Positions 58,274 through 64,000 of a DNA stretch of 64,000 bases are shown one piece after another (the stretch's first letter is position 1; each line of letters begins with the position of its first letter). This stretch comes from a virus: the IMG/VR virus record IMGVR_UViG_3300006921_000010, positions 7,768-71,767 of that record. One strand, 5' to 3'. The notes beneath the pieces are model-generated. The model searched no databases, was not told the DNA's origin, and saw nothing but the letters and a program-made list of their open reading frames with translations. Made by a program: the position numbers and the translations under genes.

Positions 58274-59727
58274 TTAATAGAAGAATAATGGATGAAGATG
58301 AACTATACTATAATTTTATAGATAATGGAATGCAAGAAGAAATTACGAAAGTAACCTTACCTGCTGTTGCGGTTAGTTATACCGCAGATGCTGTTAAAGC
58401 GTCAAACTATAACTATACACCTGCAACCTTGTCATTTTTTACAATGGTAGGACAGTTGGTTAAAGACATGATAGCAATACCTAGTGGTGCAAACATTGAT
58501 GATACTAGGTTGCAGTTTCTTTGGTTACAAACTTCTGGGACGGGTAAATCAACCTTAACTAATTGGTATCTGCCTATTGTTAAAGAAGCATTTAGACTAG
58601 TAAATGAAAAACATGGAACTGAGTTTGATTTGTTTGACATAACAGACTATACTGATGCCGCATTAATTGGTTCTTTTGAACAACAAAAGGAAGAAGTAGA
58701 AGATGAAGAAGGGCGAACCAGAACAGTTGATGTTGTAGTGCAAGTACCAGGCCAATTAGATGGTGAAGGTTTAGCGGTATGGGATGAGTTTGAGTATTCG
58801 GGTATATTCAAACAGTCGCAACACAAAGAGAATGCGATTGTATATTTGAATACATTTATGAATACCTTACATGGTGAGACTTGGATTATTTCTAAGAAGT
58901 TGAAACAAGGTGATGAGCCTATTGAATGTAAATGTAAGCGTTCAATTTATGCTACATCGTATATACCAAAAAGTCTTACTACTGTGATAACAGAAAAGGG
59001 TGTTCTTCAAAGGTTATTGACCTTTATTTGGGAAGTCCCTCAAGACATACAGAAGAAGATGAGAAGGCAACTGATAAGCGATTTTGGTGTAATTCGTGAG
59101 AACGAAGCACCTAAACTAAAATACGCTAGTGCATTAGCAAAAATATACGATGCTGTAAAAGAAAGATATGACGAAGTAGAACAAGACCCTTTGAAAGTTA
59201 TTCGTATTGCACCAGATGCAAAGGATGCTTTACTTAGAGAATGTATTCTTATGGAACAATATATTACGCATAGTAGGCCTGAAGTTTTCAGTGCAGTAGA
59301 GACTTTCATTAATAGGATATTGAAGCACATACAAAAACTAGCAGTATTATGTTGCGTGGCTGAAGCACCTAGTATAAGTGATAAGAGTAAAAGGTTTATT
59401 GTTACTGCAAAAAACGTAGAACAAGCGGCTTATTTGGTTCGACAATGTTATAAGAGCCTCGTATCATGGCTTGATGAAGCACTTAGAGTCGAAAGACAGG
59501 CGGTAGCAGACCAAGCCAATTTAGGAGTATTTAAAGCAATATTCAATAAAATGGAGAAGAACAATGGTTGGGTGCATAAGGCTAGATTACTACAAGAGGT
59601 TAGAAAACACACAAAGAAAAGTCAAGCGACTATTTACAATTGGTGGAAGAAAGAAGTAGAAACATACTTTGAAGAGAATAGAATAGATAAAAGAGCATAC
59701 GTTAAATTAAAGGAGGAAAGCAAATGA
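58270..59727 (+). CDS. MCM-like AAA+ replicative helicase
   Basis: QTSGTGKS, TDAALIGS, WDEF, GVLQR arginine finger; C-terminal wHTH. Confidence 0.7.
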   Translation: MINRRIMDEDELYYNFIDNGMQEEITKVTLPAVAVSYTADAVKASNYNYTPATLSFFTMVGQLVKDMIAIPSGANIDDTRLQFLWLQTSGTGKSTLTNWYLPIVKEAFRLVNEKHGTEFDLFDITDYTDAALIGSFEQQKEEVEDEEGRTRTVDVVVQVPGQLDGEGLAVWDEFEYSGIFKQSQHKENAIVYLNTFMNTLHGETWIISKKLKQGDEPIECKCKRSIYATSYIPKSLTTVITEKGVLQRLLTFIWEVPQDIQKKMRRQLISDFGVIRENEAPKLKYASALAKIYDAVKERYDEVEQDPLKVIRIAPDAKDALLRECILMEQYITHSRPEVFSAVETFINRILKHIQKLAVLCCVAEAPSISDKSKRFIVTAKNVEQAAYLVRQCYKSLVSWLDEALRVERQAVADQANLGVFKAIFNKMEKNNGWVHKARLLQEVRKHTKKSQATIYNWWKKEVETYFEENRIDKRAYVKLKEESK

Positions 59728-59966
59728 GTTATGAAGGAGATAAATACGAATATAAGTTTCTTGTATTCAGTATATTAAATGGGCCAAAAAATATGATAGA
59801 TAATCTGAATGCAGAAGGTGATGAAGGTTGGACAGCATATGATAACCTTTCTATTAGTGATGATAGAATAGTTACATTCTTAATGAGAAAGAAGATTGTT
59901 AAGGTTATTGAACCTAAAGAAGAAAGAGAAAGAGCGTTAAGTTCATTATGGGGTGGAAGCGAATGA
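59724..59966 (+). CDS. DUF4177-like small protein
   Basis: YEYK......LNAEGDEGW......FLMRK. Confidence 0.55.
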   Translation: MSYEGDKYEYKFLVFSILNGPKNMIDNLNAEGDEGWTAYDNLSISDDRIVTFLMRKKIVKVIEPKEERERALSSLWGGSE

Positions 59967-60130
59967 TTGGTGATTTAATTAAAGGTAGTTGTGCTGTGAT
60001 AATTGGTATTTTAGGGGCGTTAATAGGATGAGTAAATGTAAATGTTGGACTGATATGGGTGTTGAGCCTATCACATGGATTTGTTCATATTGTGATGAGT
60101 TAGAACAAACATACAATAAGGGTGATTTAA

Positions 60131-60739
60131 ATGAGTAAAGTAGTAGCGATTGATATTGAAACAAAAAACTTCGCCAATGATATAGGCGGTTGGGCTAATA
60201 CACATATGTTTCAGCCATCTGTTGTTTGCACTTGGGATGGTAGCGTAGGGACTGTGTATGTAGAACAGGACTTAATGAAATCATTAGATGGTTTACAAAA
60301 GAGTGGTACTGTCATTAAGACATTAAGACAACTTAAGTTTGATTTAGATGACTTACATAAAGAAGGTGGTATATTGTTAGGACATAACATAGCCGCATTT
60401 GACTTACCTGTATTACGAGATTCAATGGATATATATTGTATCAACAAGTATTTCAATACTAAACAGTATTTTGATACAAGTAGGATGATAAGTTCTATAA
60501 CGAAACAAAGGTATAGTCTAAATAATTTAGTGCAACATACTTTAGGTTCTGAAAAGATTATGGATAGTGCAGACGCACCTGTTGTATGGAAAGCAGGTGG
60601 CTATGAAGAAGTAGCAAAGTATTGTATAAAAGATTGTCAATTAGTCTATGATTTATGGAAACATGGTAAAGATAATGGTTTCATTAAAGGATATTCTATT
60701 GATGAAGTAGAAGAAAAAACAATGGAGGTGGAGTGGTAA
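60131..60739 (+). CDS. DEDD/RNase H-like 3'-5' exonuclease
   Basis: DIET, GHNIAAFD, YCIKD. Confidence 0.8.
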   Translation: MSKVVAIDIETKNFANDIGGWANTHMFQPSVVCTWDGSVGTVYVEQDLMKSLDGLQKSGTVIKTLRQLKFDLDDLHKEGGILLGHNIAAFDLPVLRDSMDIYCINKYFNTKQYFDTSRMISSITKQRYSLNNLVQHTLGSEKIMDSADAPVVWKAGGYEEVAKYCIKDCQLVYDLWKHGKDNGFIKGYSIDEVEEKTMEVEW

Positions 60740-60894
60740 TGGTAAGCACTATAGAAATAATATTGTGGTTCGTTTTTATCCTTGTGATAAGTTTACTATT
60801 CTTTGCGGCTTTTGGTTCAGATAAAGTATCTAACCAAACCATAGAAGAATATATGGATAATCTAATCAATGAGGAACAACAACGTGGCACTTAA
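60739..60894 (+). CDS. Small membrane protein not in ORF track
   Basis: Translated by hand, 51 aa with an N-terminal hydrophobic helix. Confidence 0.5.
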   Translation: MVSTIEIILWFVFILVISLLFFAAFGSDKVSNQTIEEYMDNLINEEQQRGT

Positions 60895-61036
60895 AGAACA
60901 GTGTAGCAATTGTGGTGAAGAAACAATCCCTAGAAGAATACAAGGGTTTTATGTAGGTTCTACACAGAGAATTAAGATTTGGGAATGCCGAGAGTGTAAT
61001 GCTCTATGGTCTGAAAAAGTCTTAGACTCTGTGTAG
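60884..61036 (+). CDS. Small Zn-ribbon protein not in ORF track
   Basis: GTG start; CSNC...CREC, 50 aa. Confidence 0.5.
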   Translation: MALKEQCSNCGEETIPRRIQGFYVGSTQRIKIWECRECNALWSEKVLDSV

Positions 61037-61041
61037 GCCTA

Positions 61042-61070
61042 CGCTTTTTTTATGCAAAAATTAAAAAACG
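61042..61070. terminator. Bidirectional oligo-T terminator between convergent operons
   Basis: T8 on the plus strand and A5/A6 tracts (T on the minus strand) exactly at the convergence point. Confidence 0.55.
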
Positions 61071-61099
61071 CATATTTCAGTGGGAACTATCGGCTATTC

Positions 61100-61429
61100 T
61101 CAATGCCACGGCCCATAATGTCCAGAACTTAATGATGCACGTAACATTTCATCTAAAGTATATAGTTTAACATCCTTTACTTTTCCTACTCTATAATACT
61201 CGTCTTTAGGAAAGCCTGTTCCTGTTGTTACGTCTATAACAAAACTATTGTTAATTAAAATAAAGGCATGTCCATATTCAACTCCTTCTACACCGCCACC
61301 TGTGCCTGTAACTGTTGCGTGTGCTAACATAGCACCACTATCACCATGATTGTATTCGTTCTCTATCATCCAATTATAAGCATCAGGATAACAAGTGCCG
61401 TCATTCTTTAGAAGGTTATACCAAGACAT
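61100..61429 (-). CDS. Transglutaminase/papain-like Cys-His-Asp protein (MSWYNLLK)
   Basis: GTCY..A, GHAFI, VIDVT; start chosen at the W-motif ATG. Confidence 0.5.
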   Translation of the reverse strand: MSWYNLLKNDGTCYPDAYNWMIENEYNHGDSGAMLAHATVTGTGGGVEGVEYGHAFILINNSFVIDVTTGTGFPKDEYYRVGKVKDVKLYTLDEMLRASLSSGHYGPWH

Positions 61430-61430
61430 A

Positions 61431-61730
61431 TTAACTATCAATTGCCCCAGTAAACCCATCTTGTTCTTTCAAATGAAGATAACATTGTTTGAGTAAATTA
61501 TGCTGTGTTTTAGAATTACCAATATTTAATGTGGTTGTAAAATGCTCACCACCAAATGGTAGTTCTTCATTTTCTTTTGCTTCTTCATTCTTATAAAATC
61601 TAACTGTGTATTGCACAAGAATCCCTTCATCATTATCCATATTTTCAAAAGATACTCTAGCAATTTTTGCATACATACTAGGTATTGTTACCCCTATTCT
61701 ATTATCTTCGTAATCTAATTCTAAAGCCAT
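61431..61730 (-). CDS. Hypothetical tail-associated protein
   Basis: 99 aa ending CYLHLK...F.GAIDS, downstream of the tail fibre genes. Confidence 0.5.
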   Translation of the reverse strand: MALELDYEDNRIGVTIPSMYAKIARVSFENMDNDEGILVQYTVRFYKNEEAKENEELPFGGEHFTTTLNIGNSKTQHNLLKQCYLHLKEQDGFTGAIDS

Positions 61731-61731
61731 C

Positions 61732-61941
61732 TTAATTCATCCATGTTGGTTTTGTCGGTATGTTAGCATATGCTAATTCCGGTGTTGTGTAGTCCTGTGG
61801 TAGTGTTAATAAATCTTGCCTATACTGTTCTAGTTCAGTTTTTTGTGTTTCTGTTAGATTACTATATGGAATCGCCAATTGGTAAATATCCATTTCCTTT
61901 AGTAGCCCTTGTCTTATTCCTCTTAATTCATCCCATTCCAT
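61732..61941 (-). CDS. Tail fibre assembly chaperone
   Basis: W.ELR..R..LL...D...YRQ.L..LPQ...P.KP.W. Confidence 0.75.
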   Translation of the reverse strand: MEWDELRGIRQGLLKEMDIYQLAIPYSNLTETQKTELEQYRQDLLTLPQDYTTPELAYANIPTKPTWMN

Positions 61942-61950
61942 TTAATCACC

Positions 61951-64000
61951 TCAGAAGTTATATCTCACCCATAACATAGCCTGTGAATTATTAAGGTCAG
62001 TTGAACCACTTTGTCTCTTTACTTGTAAAACATCACCTGCTGCAAATGTAAACAATACATCACTACCCGATTTAACAAGAGAATATTGATTTCCATTAGT
62101 ATTATTCAAATCGCTTTCTGTAAAAGTAAAGTCTTTAATATCGCTACCACTAGTGCCACCATTCTTTCTTATTCGTAATGTATTAGTATTTCCACTAGTG
62201 CTTATAGCCGAACCCGCAAAGAGGAAAGATGCTGCCATTACTTTACCTGCAAATGGCATTGGATAACCGTTAGGATTAGCAGTAGAACTTTGAACTGTTG
62301 GAACTCTAAAATCAACAGCATTTGTATCTAATCCTGCCCTTTCATAGAATAGTGGTGTTAATGCACCTAATACAATTCCATCTTCATTACCTTGAATCCA
62401 TGTAGTTCCGCCATCACCATCTGATATTGATAATTGACTATCTGCGGTTGCACTTGGAACATCAGCCCCACCAATTACTACGTTAAAATCTCCTGAAGAA
62501 ATACTATCACCGGCTTGATAACCAATTCCAATATTTTTAGTACCTTCTCTAACATTATCTAATGCCTCATAACCAAATCCAGTATTACCTGTTCCTGAAC
62601 TTACTAAATATCCTGCTTTATAACCTGTAAAAGTATTGTTAGCACCAGTGATAGCACCAACACCACCATACATTGATTGTGTTCCTATTGCTGTATTACC
62701 TGAACCACTACCTGCACCCATAGTTGAGCGTAATGCTTGATAACCTACTGCAACAGAATAAGCACCTGTTTGATTATAAGCAGTTACAGAACCAACATAA
62801 GTTGAATAACTTCCACCTTTGTAACCTGCTTGATAACCAACTGCTGTTGTGTAATCATGAACAGTAGGAGTATGACCCCACCAAAACCCTGCTTCAGCAC
62901 CTACTGCGGTTGTAAAATCCATATCACCACCAAACCATGCAGTATTTCTTCCAACTCCTACATTGTAATTACCAGTAATACTCTTACCTGCTTGCATACC
63001 TACACCTGTATTATGTGTGCCTGTTGCACCATTACCAGATTGATAACCAACATAAGTGCATTCTATTTGAGTCGTTATAGCATTGGCTGATTGATAACCT
63101 ATTGCAGTTAAGTTACTAGCACTTGTTACTGCTGTTCCCGCTTGATGTCCTACTGCGACTATATTGCTTAATGTTGTTATAGCATCTAAAGTCTGTGTTC
63201 CAATTGCTACGTTTCTGCTACCTGTTGTAATTTGACTTAGTGAGTTATACCCTACTGTTGTGTTGTGAGTCCCTGTTGTAATAGTTTGACTGCTTCCTGA
63301 ACCTACTGCTGTATTATAAGAAGCACCAGTAGTATTCTGCCAATGACCCGATAACGCATTATTTCCAATCCCAACATTGTCTTGTGAACTTTTAGCACCT
63401 CTCATCCCTGCGTTACTACCAATCATGGTATTATTACTTGAAGCGGTTGCGTATCTCCCTGCGTGATTACCGACCATAGTGTTATTGCTAGTATCGGTTG
63501 CCGCTTCACCTGCGGCATACCCTATCATAGTATTATAATCACCTGTATTTATTGCTGTTCCAGAATCTATTCCAAGCGCAGTATTATAATTACCACCTGA
63601 TGCTAAAGAATCTAAAGCACCACTACCTAATCCTATGTTGTCAGTAGCAGTTGTAATTGCATCTGATAATTCACCAATAGCAGAAGCACCGCCACCCCCT
63701 GCTTCTTCTAAACTAATTTGAGTATTAGCATGGTCGTAAGTTAATACATAATTATCTTGACCTGAACCTACTGTTTGGTCAACATCAAATTGGAAGTTAC
63801 CTAAGTTTACTTGACCTGTTCCATTTGGTGTAATACTAATATCACTATTAGCACCATCAGTAATAGTAATCGAACCTGAATTAGTTCCATCATTTGTTCT
63901 GAGAATTAAATCTTGAGTTCCCTTAGCATTGACATAACCTGCTGAGTTTCCATCTCCAACAGTTATTCCATATGGGTCAACTGTTAATTTTAATTGACCC
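61951..64000 (-). CDS. Tail fibre/adhesin with G/N/T-rich beta-helical repeats (5'-truncated by window)
   Basis: ~14-residue NTAVGxxA repeats; the frame appears to stay open upstream of the track start at 63528. Confidence 0.8.
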   Translation of the reverse strand, partial: GQLKLTVDPYGITVGDGNSAGYVNAKGTQDLILRTNDGTNSGSITITDGANSDISITPNGTGQVNLGNFQFDVDQTVGSGQDNYVLTYDHANTQISLEEAGGGGASAIGELSDAITTATDNIGLGSGALDSLASGGNYNTALGIDSGTAINTGDYNTMIGYAAGEAATDTSNNTMVGNHAGRYATASSNNTMIGSNAGMRGAKSSQDNVGIGNNALSGHWQNTTGASYNTAVGSGSSQTITTGTHNTTVGYNSLSQITTGSRNVAIGTQTLDAITTLSNIVAVGHQAGTAVTSASNLTAIGYQSANAITTQIECTYVGYQSGNGATGTHNTGVGMQAGKSITGNYNVGVGRNTAWFGGDMDFTTAVGAEAGFWWGHTPTVHDYTTAVGYQAGYKGGSYSTYVGSVTAYNQTGAYSVAVGYQALRSTMGAGSGSGNTAIGTQSMYGGVGAITGANNTFTGYKAGYLVSSGTGNTGFGYEALDNVREGTKNIGIGYQAGDSISSGDFNVVIGGADVPSATADSQLSISDGDGGTTWIQGNEDGIVLGALTPLFYERAGLDTNAVDFRVPTVQSSTANPNGYPMPFAGKVMAASFLFAGSAISTSGNTNTLRIRKNGGTSGSDIKDFTFTESDLNNTNGNQYSLVKSGSDVLFTFAAGDVLQVKRQSGSTDLNNSQAMLWVRYNF

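Noticed and set aside
32411-60890. Minus-strand ORFs antisense to right-arm genes (e.g. 44210..44674, 50554..50895, 59040..59330)
   Set aside because: Shadow ORFs of the plus-strand operon.
63968-63975. Extra CCATATGG copy
   Set aside because: Single copy inside the tail fibre CDS without the associated hairpin motifs; compatible with chance.

Overview
This window is most of a tailed dsDNA archaeal virus genome. It most resembles the magroviruses that infect Marine Group II Euryarchaeota (Poseidoniales), judged by the archaeal replisome, TFB, split PolB and GGTGA/GGAGG Shine-Dalgarno motifs; this assignment is an inference, not a database result. The left arm (1-23.5 kb, minus strand) holds portal, terminase, a LAGLIDADG protein and many orphan genes sharing an N-terminal W-x-x-[ILV]-[ILV]-K motif. 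The right arm (30.8-61 kb, plus strand) holds class II RNR, TFB, a ubiquitin-like/E1/JAB set, ligase, histone-fold proteins, RFC, RPA, PCNA, split PolB, a Cas4-like nuclease, primase, ERCC4 nuclease and an MCM-like helicase. A tail fibre module begins at 61.1-64 kb (minus strand). The most striking feature is a ~6.3 kb mostly non-coding array at the divergence point (about 23.9-30.2 kb). It contains about 26 copies of the palindrome CCATATGG separating 100-730 bp units. The units fold into long imperfect hairpins capped by a conserved GC-ATTAA-GC or GC-TTAAT-GC apex. Four cassettes carry their own promoters and inverted ends, in both orientations: two paralogous orphan genes, one small ORF and one putative ~410 nt ncRNA. 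A candidate replication origin follows at about 30.5-30.75 kb. All calls come from reading motifs by eye; no searches or folding programs were run.
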